Assembly (NCBI GenBank): GCA_030697795.1
Contig: JAUYOV010000006.1
Span: 21,722 to 85,721, forward strand
DNA: 64,000 bases
Source of the DNA: a bacterium
GTDB lineage: Bacteria; Patescibacteriota; Minisyncoccia; JACQLN01
Direction: 5' to 3'
The notes beneath the pieces were generated by a model that searched no databases, had not been told where the DNA came from, and was given only the letters and a program-made list of their open reading frames with translations. Below, piece after piece: positions 37,617-47,290 of the stretch. Position 1 is the first letter of the stretch. Every line of letters starts with the position of its first letter. Made by a program: the position numbers and the translations under genes.

Positions 37617-38909
37617 CTATATTTTGTCAATAGCTAGTTTTATTCTTCTTACAGACTCTTTTTTACCCAGTACATCTAAAATTTCAAAAGGGCTTGGAGA
37701 TTTGGCGAGTCCGGAGAGCGCTACTCTTAAAGGCCACAATAGGTCGCCTCGGCCGATGTCGTTGGCTTTAGGCATAAGTTCGGTGGTGGTGGTGTCTATA
37801 TCGAACGAATTTTCGGGCATATTTTCTAATATAGCTAAAACTGTCTCTAAATTTTCTTTAGTTTTTTCTTTTGGCGATTCTTTCCAGTTTAATAAGTCTG
37901 TTTCATAAACTGGTAAAGCAAATATAAAACCTGCCAGTTCTTTTATTTCGGAAAATATATTCAATCTATCTCTAAATAAGTGAGCTACTTTTATAAGCTG
38001 GGCCTCGTTTGGGTCATACATATCTAAATACGGTGCTATAAATTTAGCAATTTCCGCCGGCACCATATTTTTTATATAGTGATTATTTATAGAATCTAGT
38101 TTTTTATTATCAAAAACAGCACCTGATATTTGGACTCTAGAAATATCGAATTCTTTTATTAAATCGTCTAAGTTAAATATCTCTCTATTGTCTTTGGGAT
38201 GCCAGCCAATTAAAGCTAAAAAGTTAAGCATTGCCTCTGGCAAATAGCCTAGCTTAGTAAACTCGTTTACAGAAACAGCGCCGTGACGTTTGGAAAGCTT
38301 AGAACGATCAGTCGCCAATATTAAAGGTAGGTGGGCATACCTAGGCCTTTTAAACTCAAGCGCTTCAATTAGCTCAACTTGTTTATGGGTATTTGATGTG
38401 TGGTCTTGTCCCCTAATAACATCGGTAATATCCATTTCATGGTCGTCAACAACAACAGCAAAATTATAAGCAGGATTGCCATCGGATTTTATAAGCACTA
38501 TATTTTCTGGATCGCTGGATTTAAAGCCTATTGATGCTCTTAGAACTTCGTCTTTAAATATAATTTCTTTATATGCGGGTATCGTAAAAATTATAGCCAC
38601 ACCCTTTTCGCTTTCTACTTTTTGAGCTTTACCAGAGTTCACTAATTTATCTGCGTATTTTTTATATATTTCGATGCGTTCACTCTGCCTAACAATTCCC
38701 CCGTCCCAATTTAAACCCAGCCACTCTAGGCCGTTTGTAATATCTACTTCGTATTCGGGCTTGGATCTTGCTATGTCTGTATCTTCTATGCGCAATAAAA
38801 ATTCACCATGATTTTGTTTGGCGAATAAATAATTAAAAAGCGCGGTACGAGCCGTACCAACGTGCATATAGCCGGTGGGGCTGGGAGCAATACGGGTTTT
38901 CACTTTCAT
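37617..38909 (-). CDS. gltX: glutamate--tRNA ligase
   Basis: RIAPSPTGYMHVGTARTALFNYLFA (HIGH-class) and KLSKRHG (KMSKS). Confidence 0.9.
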   Translation of the reverse strand: MKVKTRIAPSPTGYMHVGTARTALFNYLFAKQNHGEFLLRIEDTDIARSKPEYEVDITNGLEWLGLNWDGGIVRQSERIEIYKKYADKLVNSGKAQKVESEKGVAIIFTIPAYKEIIFKDEVLRASIGFKSSDPENIVLIKSDGNPAYNFAVVVDDHEMDITDVIRGQDHTSNTHKQVELIEALEFKRPRYAHLPLILATDRSKLSKRHGAVSVNEFTKLGYLPEAMLNFLALIGWHPKDNREIFNLDDLIKEFDISRVQISGAVFDNKKLDSINNHYIKNMVPAEIAKFIAPYLDMYDPNEAQLIKVAHLFRDRLNIFSEIKELAGFIFALPVYETDLLNWKESPKEKTKENLETVLAILENMPENSFDIDTTTTELMPKANDIGRGDLLWPLRVALSGLAKSPSPFEILDVLGKKESVRRIKLAIDKI

Positions 38910-38993
38910 AAATTTCTAATGTCTAATATCTAATTTCTAATCAAACTATTAATATCTAATGACTAAGTTTAGAAATTAGTAATTAGAAATTGG

Positions 38994-40106
38994 TCATTTG
39001 GCCAAATCCAAAAGGATTTGTGCCAGCTGGCTGGCTGCATCTATTTTAGCAAATTTTTTGGCATTTTCACTCATTGAATCTAACTCCGAACTGTTATTTA
39101 ATATTTTTTCAATTACTTCCTTTAGCTTGTCCAGTTCATTTTCTTTTAAAACAACAGCAGCCCCAGTTTTGGCATAAGAAGACGCATTGACCGGTTGATC
39201 TCCGTTTTTTCTTTCTAAGGGAATTAAAATGCTTGGTTTACCAAAAGCCGCCAGTTCAAAAATTGTTCCAGCACCGGCTCGACCAATGGCAATGTCGCAT
39301 AATGTATAAGCAGAAGCCAACTCTTTTTCGTTTAAAAATGGTACGATCTTTAAATTATTGTCCAACACCAGGTGTTGGACAGATTGATAATTAGCCGCGC
39401 CCACGCTCCAAATCATATTAAAATTTTCTAATAGATCAGGCAGTATTTTAAAAATAGCTTTATTTATTCTCTGTGCGCCTTGCGATCCCCCGCTAATAAA
39501 TATCGTACACCGAGCATACGATCGTAAGCTCGGTGTACTTTCCTTTGGTGGAAAATCAAGAATTTTTTCGGCTTCTTCTTTGGTTAAATCCAGATACTTT
39601 AATCTGACCGGATTACCTACTACCTGAATATTTTTGCCCGCGAAAAAATTCTTAGTTTCTTCAAAAGATACGACAATATTATTGGTTACATAAGAAAGGA
39701 ATTTATTAGCAAGCCCCGGTATTGCGTCGGACTCATGTATGATTATTTTCTTAAATAAAATTTCGGCAGCTAATACAGGTAAAACACTACCATAACTGCC
39801 CTTGCCCAAAACCACATCTGGATTTATCGAAACTACTATTATTAAAGATTGAAAAAATGCAAAAGGAATTTTAATAATTTCCCAAATATGTTTAAACGAA
39901 AAATATCGCCTTATTTTACCGGCGGCGATTATGGTTTTAACAATTACGCTTTCTTCTCGCAAGGCGTTTAGCGAAAATTCTTCTGGACCAACAAAATATA
40001 TTTTTGCCTCTGGCGCTAGTTTTTTGATGGCTCTAGCTACGGCTACCAAGGGTAAAACATGCCCACCAGTTCCCCCACCACAGAGCATTATCTTAGGGTT
40101 TTTCAT
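38994..40106 (-). CDS. murG: undecaprenyldiphospho-muramoylpentapeptide beta-N-acetylglucosaminyltransferase MurG
   Basis: MLCGGGTGGHVLPLVAVA, the ..ISGGSQGA.. G-loop. Carries an in-frame family A palindrome. Confidence 0.85.
   Translation of the reverse strand: MKNPKIMLCGGGTGGHVLPLVAVARAIKKLAPEAKIYFVGPEEFSLNALREESVIVKTIIAAGKIRRYFSFKHIWEIIKIPFAFFQSLIIVVSINPDVVLGKGSYGSVLPVLAAEILFKKIIIHESDAIPGLANKFLSYVTNNIVVSFEETKNFFAGKNIQVVGNPVRLKYLDLTKEEAEKILDFPPKESTPSLRSYARCTIFISGGSQGAQRINKAIFKILPDLLENFNMIWSVGAANYQSVQHLVLDNNLKIVPFLNEKELASAYTLCDIAIGRAGAGTIFELAAFGKPSILIPLERKNGDQPVNASSYAKTGAAVVLKENELDKLKEVIEKILNNSSELDSMSENAKKFAKIDAASQLAQILLDLAK
39505..39538. repeat. family A palindromic element, copy A3, in-frame inside murG (encodes STPSLRSYARCT just before the GGS G-loop)
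   Basis: gtacaccGAGCATACGATCGTAaGCTCggtgtac, one mismatch. Arms identical to A1. Confidence 0.85.
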
Positions 40107-40142
40107 ATACTTACTTTAGCAGTATTTTTTTAAATAAAAAAG

Positions 40143-40167
40143 CAGGCAACCGATTGCCGGTTGCCTG
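40143..40167 (-). terminator. rho-independent terminator
   Basis: caggcaaccg-attgc-cggttgcctg with an A-run upstream on plus (a T-run on minus). Confidence 0.6.
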
Positions 40168-40174
40168 ATAGATT

Positions 40175-40885
40175 CTAAGTTCTTGCATAACTCCTTGTTG
40201 CTAGCACTTTGGCTTTATCTCTTGGCGAAAACATTCCAAATAGGGCATAAGCCAATTGATCAAGGATTATTTTCCCTATCGGAGTTAGTTCAAATCCTGG
40301 ATCAGCGAAGTCTATTTTTTTTACAGTTTCTAGAAGTATAGTCTCAACTTCATTTCTCCGGCATGTGACTTGCCACTTATCATTTACTTCCCACCTTACA
40401 TATGCTTTTACAACTTCTGAAATAGTAGCTTCATATCCTTCTTCAGCCATTCTTATCGCAGCTTTTGCTGGACCAGATTGGCAAATAATTGCAGACAGTA
40501 TAGCGTAAGAAAAAGCTTGGCGAAACTCATGCTTTGATTGCCAGCCTGCGTCTATCAAAGCATTTGCCCTGAACAATCCAAGCACAGAACCTGCAAAAGA
40601 TTGAGCTGTGCCCAAGCCATTTCTAAAAATTTCGTCACTGAGCATTTCAACCCAGCTATAACCCCAAGTCGGTCTTAATGAAAGAGCAGTCACAATTTTG
40701 GCAGTTGCTTCTGGATTCAGATTTCCTAAACAGAATTGCAGTACTATATATTGTTGATCGCGAGCTTGCTCTTTGTTTTGGCTCAACGGATCATATGCGA
40801 TCAGTTGTTCAAATACAGCCATTAGGTCTTGGCGTGTATCATTTCCAAACAAGATTACCCCTAGTTTCTTTGTAATAGCATCCAT
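40175..40885 (-). CDS. hypothetical protein inserted within the dcw cluster (GC about 43-46%)
   Basis: No recognisable motif. Adjacent to palindrome A4. Confidence 0.45.
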   Translation of the reverse strand: MDAITKKLGVILFGNDTRQDLMAVFEQLIAYDPLSQNKEQARDQQYIVLQFCLGNLNPEATAKIVTALSLRPTWGYSWVEMLSDEIFRNGLGTAQSFAGSVLGLFRANALIDAGWQSKHEFRQAFSYAILSAIICQSGPAKAAIRMAEEGYEATISEVVKAYVRWEVNDKWQVTCRRNEVETILLETVKKIDFADPGFELTPIGKIILDQLAYALFGMFSPRDKAKVLATRSYART

Positions 40886-41007
40886 AACACCCTCCTCTCG
40901 AAGGTTTATTCCCTCTCGGGAATATGTGTCTCCTCTCGGAGACGGTTTATGTAAAGGAACTTATAGCGAAATACTAACCGATAATCATTAATTTCGTCAA
41001 GCACAAA

Positions 41008-41043
41008 CATACCGCGAGCATACGATCGTATGCTCGCGGTATG
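41008..41043. repeat. family A palindromic element, copy A4
   Basis: cataccgcGAGCATACGATCGTATGCTCgcggtatg, a perfect 36-bp palindrome. Confidence 0.85.
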
Positions 41044-41152
41044 CAGACAAAATAGATATAAATTTCTTTAATAATGCAATGGTCACTAAAAAATGCTATA
41101 GCATAAATTGTTGACCGTAGATATTTTGCCAGTTCCTTACTTTGAGTTACTA

Positions 41153-42244
41153 TTATTTATTTTTAGCCACATTAGCCACCATACCCACGGCGGCGAGTTC
41201 TATCATTAAAGCGGTGCCGCCATAGCTTATAAAAGGCAAAGGGATGCCTGTAAAAGGTATCATACCTAAAATGCCAAGTGTGTTAATAAAAGCTTGTGTG
41301 CCTAGCCAAGCTACTACGCCTATAACCAAATAGCGTGAAAATAGATCTCTAGCCAGAGAGGCTATTTTGAGCCCGCTCAAAATCCAAATTAAAAAAGTTA
41401 GTAAAACCAATACAGCACCAATAAAACCAAGCTCTTCCGAGACCACGGCAAAAACCGAATCGCCTATGGTTTCTGGCAAGTAGTTATATTTTTGAATACC
41501 TTTGCCTAAGCCTAAGCCCACGAATTCTCCAGAACCTATGGCTATTAAGGCTTGTTTTAATTGATAACCCGAACCGGCGGTGTCTTTATTTGGGTTAAGA
41601 AATGAAGTGAATCTTTCTCTACGATAGGGTTCTATAGCAATTAAAGAAAAAAGTAAAATAATTCCAGTTAAAAAAACTAAACCCATAGTTTTTAAATCAG
41701 CTCCGGCCATAAAATACATTATAAAAGCCGTAGCGCAGATTATTATAAACGTGCCCATATCTGGTTCCAAAATTATTAACCCCCCGATAATTCCTGTCCA
41801 CAACAGAAAAGGAAAAATCATAATGGGTTTTTTAATTTTATCTTTTTTTGATTCTAGCCAGTGAGCTAAATATATAACTAAAGCCAGTTTGGCAAATTCA
41901 GAAGGTTGAAAGGAAAAACCAAACACACTTAGCCAGCGTTGAGCGCCTAAGGCGCCCAAGCCTATTTTAGGTACAAAAACTAAACCCAACAAAATTATAG
42001 CAAAAATCAGCAGGGGCAAGCCCAGTTTTTTTAGTAGGGCTATGTCGATTCTATAAAAAATAAAAAAAGCCAAAAGCCCTAGGCCTAGGCCATATATTAT
42101 TTGGTGTTTAAAATAGTAAAAACTTTCGCCGTGATTGGATTGAGATAGCGGTATAGAGGCATTGGTCATTACGGCTATACCCAGCAAAACCAAAACAGCA
42201 GTAGCCATTATAAACATTGTGGCCGCTTTACTATGGTTTTTCAT
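41153..42244 (-). CDS. ftsW: SEDS-family peptidoglycan glycosyltransferase FtsW/RodA
   Basis: 10 TM with conserved C-terminal ...GIPLPFISYGGTA.... Confidence 0.85.
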   Translation of the reverse strand: MKNHSKAATMFIMATAVLVLLGIAVMTNASIPLSQSNHGESFYYFKHQIIYGLGLGLLAFFIFYRIDIALLKKLGLPLLIFAIILLGLVFVPKIGLGALGAQRWLSVFGFSFQPSEFAKLALVIYLAHWLESKKDKIKKPIMIFPFLLWTGIIGGLIILEPDMGTFIIICATAFIMYFMAGADLKTMGLVFLTGIILLFSLIAIEPYRRERFTSFLNPNKDTAGSGYQLKQALIAIGSGEFVGLGLGKGIQKYNYLPETIGDSVFAVVSEELGFIGAVLVLLTFLIWILSGLKIASLARDLFSRYLVIGVVAWLGTQAFINTLGILGMIPFTGIPLPFISYGGTALMIELAAVGMVANVAKNK

Positions 42245-43836
42245 TTTTTAAAACCTCTTTTTAGGACTTGGCCCGCTAGAGTTCCGGAAAAACCAGATTC
42301 ACCTACTGCAATTTTTCCGTTTACCAAAACGTTTTTAATCCCCGAAGGATATTTTAAAGGATTTTCAAATGTCGAGTTATCTTTAATGTTTACTGGGTCA
42401 AAAATAACTATATCGGCAAAAAAATTTTTGGCTATAACTCCCCTATTTTTTAGACCCAACCATTCGGCTGGCTTAGCCGACATTTTATATACGGCTTCTT
42501 CTAGGCTTAAAACTTTTCTTTCTTTGACGTAACGCTCCAAAATTTTAGCAGTGGTGCCAAAAGAACGTGGATGTGGTACGGCGTTTCTTGGTTTAACTTC
42601 GTTATTGTAACCCGAACCGTCCGAAGCAATGATGCTGGCGGGGTGTTTTAACAAAATTTCAAAAACAGTTTCATCTATATCGTTCCAAAATACAGTAACT
42701 TGATCACGAGCGGCCAACAATAAATTTAATATAGCTTCGGCGCCAGAAATGTTTTGATCGCGCGCGACTTGAGCCAGGCTTTTACCCACAAAAAGCTGGC
42801 CCAGAGCACTCGTCGCTATGGTTATTTTTTCGTAAGGATAGTTTTTGTTTTCAATATCACGGACTATTTTTTCGTGTGTGCCGCTATTTTTTATTTTTTT
42901 AATAAGTTCATTTTTACCGCCAACGATAGCCCATTCTGGAAGCAAGAGATAAAGAATAATGGCTGAAGCTGTATAGGGGTAAACATCAAAACTTAAATTT
43001 GCGCCACTTTTTGAAGCTACATCAAACATTCGCAATAGTTTTTCGGCGGCAGCTATGTTTTTCTCGCCCAACATTTTTAAATGGCTAATCTTGGTTTTAA
43101 CTGGTGCATGGTGTAAAAAACCCAAAACCTCGTTTAAGGAGGCATAAACTTCAGCGCCCTCGTTTCTTAAATGAAAAGATGCTACTCCGTTAGAAAATTT
43201 AGTTGTGTTAAGGAGCTTAATAATTTCTTCTTCGCTGGCTAGCCTTTCGTGACTATAAGCCAACCCAACAGAAAACCCATATGAACCCTCGGCTAAAGAT
43301 CTTTTTAAAAGGGTATTAACCTGCATTTCTTCTTTAGGTGTTAAAGGCCTAACTGAATCGCCTACAAAATCTCTGCGCAAGGTGGCGTGTCCGGTAAGTG
43401 TGGCTACGTTAAGGCTAATTTTTCTTTTGGAAAGTGTATCTAAAAACTCGGCCATGCTAGACCAATTTATATTTGTCCCAGAGGTGCTGGCCCATTTTTG
43501 AACCGACACTAAAGAACCCTTAAGCAAAGGCGCTAGAGATGAGCCACACTGACCCATCAGGATTGTAGTTATACCCTGACGGACCATACTTTCTAAGACA
43601 TTGTCGTTTAAAATACTGCCGTAACTATCGGAATGGTTTTGAACATCAACAAATCCGGGAGACACCACCATACCTGAAGCGTTTATTTCTGTCTGGGCTT
43701 TAGCTTTAGCCAGATTTCCAATTTCAAAAATTTTATCGCCCACAATACCAACGTCGGCTTTAAAAGCAGGGCGTTTGCCCGTACCATCAACCACAGAACC
43801 ATTTTTTATGAGAATATCAAAAGCCATTTGAAACAA
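42241..43836 (-). CDS. D-aminoacylase-family amidohydrolase (N-acyl-D-amino-acid deacylase-like)
   Basis: IKNGSVVDGTG...DVGI.GDKI..IG...INASGMVVSPGFVDVQNHSD and C-terminal ...HPRSFGTTAKIL...LSLEEAVYKMSAKPAEWLGL. 4-nt overlap with ftsW. Confidence 0.75.
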   Translation of the reverse strand: MFQMAFDILIKNGSVVDGTGKRPAFKADVGIVGDKIFEIGNLAKAKAQTEINASGMVVSPGFVDVQNHSDSYGSILNDNVLESMVRQGITTILMGQCGSSLAPLLKGSLVSVQKWASTSGTNINWSSMAEFLDTLSKRKISLNVATLTGHATLRRDFVGDSVRPLTPKEEMQVNTLLKRSLAEGSYGFSVGLAYSHERLASEEEIIKLLNTTKFSNGVASFHLRNEGAEVYASLNEVLGFLHHAPVKTKISHLKMLGEKNIAAAEKLLRMFDVASKSGANLSFDVYPYTASAIILYLLLPEWAIVGGKNELIKKIKNSGTHEKIVRDIENKNYPYEKITIATSALGQLFVGKSLAQVARDQNISGAEAILNLLLAARDQVTVFWNDIDETVFEILLKHPASIIASDGSGYNNEVKPRNAVPHPRSFGTTAKILERYVKERKVLSLEEAVYKMSAKPAEWLGLKNRGVIAKNFFADIVIFDPVNIKDNSTFENPLKYPSGIKNVLVNGKIAVGESGFSGTLAGQVLKRGFKK

Positions 43837-43865
43837 GCTCGAAATTCAAATATCTAAATCCTAAA

Positions 43866-43891
43866 CCCTACTTCGCTAAAGCTTCGTAGGG
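43866..43891. repeat. family C hairpin, copy C3 (ccctac-ttcgctaaagcttc-gtaggg)
   Basis: Intergenic between mraY and the aminoacylase. Confidence 0.7.
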
Positions 43892-43990
43892 CACAGCAAT
43901 ATCATGCATTTGAATTTGCTTGCCCGCCGTAGTTTTAACAGAGGCGGGTTTCGGATTTCGAATTTCGTGCTTCGAATTTATTTTAGCATA

Positions 43991-45037
43991 CTACTTACCT
44001 ATCAGTTGTATGATAATACCAAGGGCGGCCATAACAGCTGAAATTATCCAAAATCTTTCCGTAACTTTGGTTTCGGGCCAGCCTTTGGCTTGAAAGTGAT
44101 GATGAATTGGGGCCGAAAGAAAAACTTTTTTACCTTTACGGAATTTTTTACTTATAACTTGAATAATAACCGAAGCCGATTCCACCATAGGCACAAAAGC
44201 TATAAGAGGCAAAACTAAAGTCGCATTGGTTAGTAAGGCAATAACTGCCAAAGTTACGCCCAGCGGCATAGCGCCGGTATCGCCCATAAAAAATCTGGCT
44301 GGGTGGATATTAAACCATAAGAAAGAAAGCAGGGCGCCCACCACCACTGCACAAAAAACACTAAGTTCGTATTTGCCTTCAAAAAAAGCTATTAAGCCAT
44401 AGCTGGCAAAGGCCGTTAGCATCAAGCCTCCAGCCAAGCCGTCTAGGCCATCGGATTCATTAACCGAAAAAGATGTAGCCACGATAATAAAAACAGCAAA
44501 AGGTATGTACCAACTTCCTATATCAAAGTTCCCTAAAAATGGAACCTTAACCGTTGTCCAATCTAATTTGAAATAAAACCATAACGCCCCTATTACAGCT
44601 ACTACTGTGTAAAGAACTAAACGATGCCGCATTTTTAACCCACCACCCTTTGGACCTATTTTAAAAACCCCAAGCAGGTCGTCGCCTAAACCTATAATGG
44701 CCGAAAAAATCATAATGCCTATCGGTAAAAGCGTTTGAGGCCGAGATAAAAAACTAAGGCTAGAAGCCAAGCTGTTGGGCATAAATTCTTTTAATAAGGC
44801 TAGCCCCGCGGTAAGAATTAATATTGTTAACCAAATAATAACCCCGCCCATAGTGGGCGTACCTTCTTTATCTTTATGCATAGCAGCAAAAACTGGCGCG
44901 CCTTCGGTGCGTATTTGCTTGCCTAAGCGGTATTTATATAAAATATTTGTCCACCATGGAGTTAAAACCATAGCCACAGCAAAAGCTCCAAAGGCTAAAG
45001 CTAAAATTCTGGCGACTTGAAATGAAACATCTAGCAT
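43991..45037 (-). CDS. mraY: phospho-N-acetylmuramoyl-pentapeptide transferase MraY
   Basis: Polytopic. DDxxG-like ..GLGDDLLGV.., NESDGLDGLAGG. Confidence 0.9.
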   Translation of the reverse strand: MLDVSFQVARILALAFGAFAVAMVLTPWWTNILYKYRLGKQIRTEGAPVFAAMHKDKEGTPTMGGVIIWLTILILTAGLALLKEFMPNSLASSLSFLSRPQTLLPIGIMIFSAIIGLGDDLLGVFKIGPKGGGLKMRHRLVLYTVVAVIGALWFYFKLDWTTVKVPFLGNFDIGSWYIPFAVFIIVATSFSVNESDGLDGLAGGLMLTAFASYGLIAFFEGKYELSVFCAVVVGALLSFLWFNIHPARFFMGDTGAMPLGVTLAVIALLTNATLVLPLIAFVPMVESASVIIQVISKKFRKGKKVFLSAPIHHHFQAKGWPETKVTERFWIISAVMAALGIIIQLIGK

Positions 45038-45039
45038 AG

Positions 45040-46038
45040 TTAGGTTTGCGTATTAATAGCTGGCCAAGACCAAGCTGTTTCTACCCAGTTTATTAATTTT
45101 CTTATTTGATTAAACTTGTCGTTAGAACCCAGCACTAAATATATAGTTTCGGTATTATTTAAACTCGTGGTCAGTAAAACCATATTGCCTAGGGCTCTAT
45201 TGGTAAAACCGGTTTTTCCACCTATAACGTTGGTGTATTCGCTTAGAAAAGGATTAGTTGATTTAAAATTATGAATAGCTACTTCGTTTAAAGATTGAGT
45301 GTTATAACTTGGCATTTTTAAAATATCCCAAACTAAAGTATATTTAGGATTTTCCCTTAGGTATTTTATAAATTTTGAAAAATCGCTAGCTGTACTAAAA
45401 GAATTTATATCTTCTAGGCCGGTGGGGTCTGTAAAATTAGAGTGTAGTAAGCCTAAGTCGTTAAATTTTAGGTTCATCATTCTTACAAATTCTCTAACGG
45501 GCGTGGCTTTGGCTTCGGGGTTGGTTTGCAGTTTTGAACCAACATGTTCGGCTAAAGCATAAGCCGCATCATTGGAAGATTCTAAAAGAGCAGCAGCTAG
45601 TAAATCTTTCATGGTAAGAATCTCCCCTTCTTTTAAATTACCGCTGTTACCCTCATTTTTAATGGCTCTAGCCGAAATAGACATTGTTTCTTGCGGGCTA
45701 GCATAATCTAAAACCAGGGCCACAGTCACAAGTTTGGTGAGTGAAGCTATAGGGCGAGGTTCATCTATATTTTTGGAATAATAATAAAAATCTTCTTTAA
45801 AATCCCAAGCTAACACAGCCACTGCCTCTGTTTCTATTTCCGGAATTTCAATATTTTTTTGAGGCAGAATTTTTACTTTTACCAGCGGGGTAGATTTTTT
45901 CTTGATATTTGAATTTAAAGCGGGAGTGTTAAAATAAGCGCTGGCCGCCATATATTTAGGCGTGCCAACTTGGTAAGACAAAAGCAACGTAGGAATAATA
46001 ACGAACGCACCAATTAAGATATATAAAATTTGTCGCAT
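45040..46038 (-). CDS. serine-type D-Ala-D-Ala carboxypeptidase (PBP5/6-like, S11)
   Basis: SxxK (ASLTKLVT), SxN (ESSNDAA), KTG (GGKTGFT). Confidence 0.8.
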   Translation of the reverse strand: MRQILYILIGAFVIIPTLLLSYQVGTPKYMAASAYFNTPALNSNIKKKSTPLVKVKILPQKNIEIPEIETEAVAVLAWDFKEDFYYYSKNIDEPRPIASLTKLVTVALVLDYASPQETMSISARAIKNEGNSGNLKEGEILTMKDLLAAALLESSNDAAYALAEHVGSKLQTNPEAKATPVREFVRMMNLKFNDLGLLHSNFTDPTGLEDINSFSTASDFSKFIKYLRENPKYTLVWDILKMPSYNTQSLNEVAIHNFKSTNPFLSEYTNVIGGKTGFTNRALGNMVLLTTSLNNTETIYLVLGSNDKFNQIRKLINWVETAWSWPAINTQT

Positions 46039-46583
46039 TAGTTTTGAAGTAGCTTTTCTGTTTTAAGTGTTTCAGCCTTTAATTCGTTATATTTTGGCAG
46101 TTCGTGTTCTTGGGCTAAACCTAATTTTTTTAAAGCGCCCAAAGATATTTGGTAAGTTTGGGGTTTTGCTGAATCGTTTTTATCTACTAAGCCTCTTAAT
46201 GTTAAATTACGCAAAGCATAAGCCGAATTTACACCCCTTAACACTTCTACCTCGCTTTTAGAAACTGGGCCTCTATAAGCCACCACAGCTAAAACTTCTA
46301 AACTGGCGGGTGTTAATTCTTCTTGTATCTCGCTTTTCACAAGCTTTTCTATATATTCTGATGCTTCTTTTCCCGAAACCAATTGCCATTTATCCTCTTT
46401 GTTTATAAGTTTGATGCCCCTGTTTTCTAGGTTAGTTTTTAAATTTTCTAAAGCTAAAACTACATTGTTACTAGAGGCCGAAGTTACTTCAGCTAATTTT
46501 TTTACGCTTATACTTTCGCCATAAGCAAAAAGAAGGCTTTCTAAAACTTGCTCTAAATTAATCAAATTTACTGGTTTAGCCAT
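46038..46583 (-). CDS. scpB: segregation and condensation protein B
   Basis: LESLLFAYGESISVKKLAEV... with two winged-helix repeats. Confidence 0.8.
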   Translation of the reverse strand: MAKPVNLINLEQVLESLLFAYGESISVKKLAEVTSASSNNVVLALENLKTNLENRGIKLINKEDKWQLVSGKEASEYIEKLVKSEIQEELTPASLEVLAVVAYRGPVSKSEVEVLRGVNSAYALRNLTLRGLVDKNDSAKPQTYQISLGALKKLGLAQEHELPKYNELKAETLKTEKLLQN

Positions 46584-47269
46584 CGCAATTTTATATCTTC
46601 AAAATTAGAATTTTGTTGGGCGGTAATTTTTAAACTCTTTAACAATTCTAACACACAAAGAAATGTTATTAACTTAACTTCTGGGTTAGCGGTATCGGCA
46701 ATTTGAGAAAAATTTAGTTCTAGTTTTTCTTTAATATCTTTTTCTAGATCCGCTGTTTTTTCTGCCAAGGAAACTTTTTCTATAAGCTGGGCTTGAGGAA
46801 TTCTTTGGGGCAAAGTAATTGTGCTTATTAAGCTTGTTAAAGAATCAGACAAAGCTTCACCTGTTAATTTTTTAGGAAAATAAAAAACAGGTTCCATTTT
46901 AGCCAAATAAGCTCGGTTATAATATCTACTGCCTTTTATATCCAACTTATGAATCTCTTTAGCTAGTTCTTTAAGTTTTTGATATTCGGCCAGTTGGTCT
47001 TTTAAACTTTGAATATCTTTTTCTTCTTCTGCGGTCAGCTTCAAAAAAGGCAAAAGTGCGCGCGATTTTATTAAAGCCAAACGGCCGGCAATATTTAAAA
47101 AATTGGCCATATCGGCCATAGCCAAGTTAGTAGAGCTTTTTAAATAATCTAAAAATTGACCAGCGACTTCGGCTAAAGATATTTCGGTTATTTCTAATTT
47201 TTTAGATTCTATAAGTTGATGTAATAAATCTAGCGGGCCTTCAAATTTTGCTAGTTTTAGTTGATACAT
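46568..47269 (-). CDS. scpA: segregation and condensation protein A
   Basis: FEGPLDLLHQLIESKKLEITEISLAEVAGQFLDYL. Confidence 0.8.
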   Translation of the reverse strand: MYQLKLAKFEGPLDLLHQLIESKKLEITEISLAEVAGQFLDYLKSSTNLAMADMANFLNIAGRLALIKSRALLPFLKLTAEEEKDIQSLKDQLAEYQKLKELAKEIHKLDIKGSRYYNRAYLAKMEPVFYFPKKLTGEALSDSLTSLISTITLPQRIPQAQLIEKVSLAEKTADLEKDIKEKLELNFSQIADTANPEVKLITFLCVLELLKSLKITAQQNSNFEDIKLRWLNQ

Positions 47270-47290
47270 ATTTTTTACAGTTTCATATGA

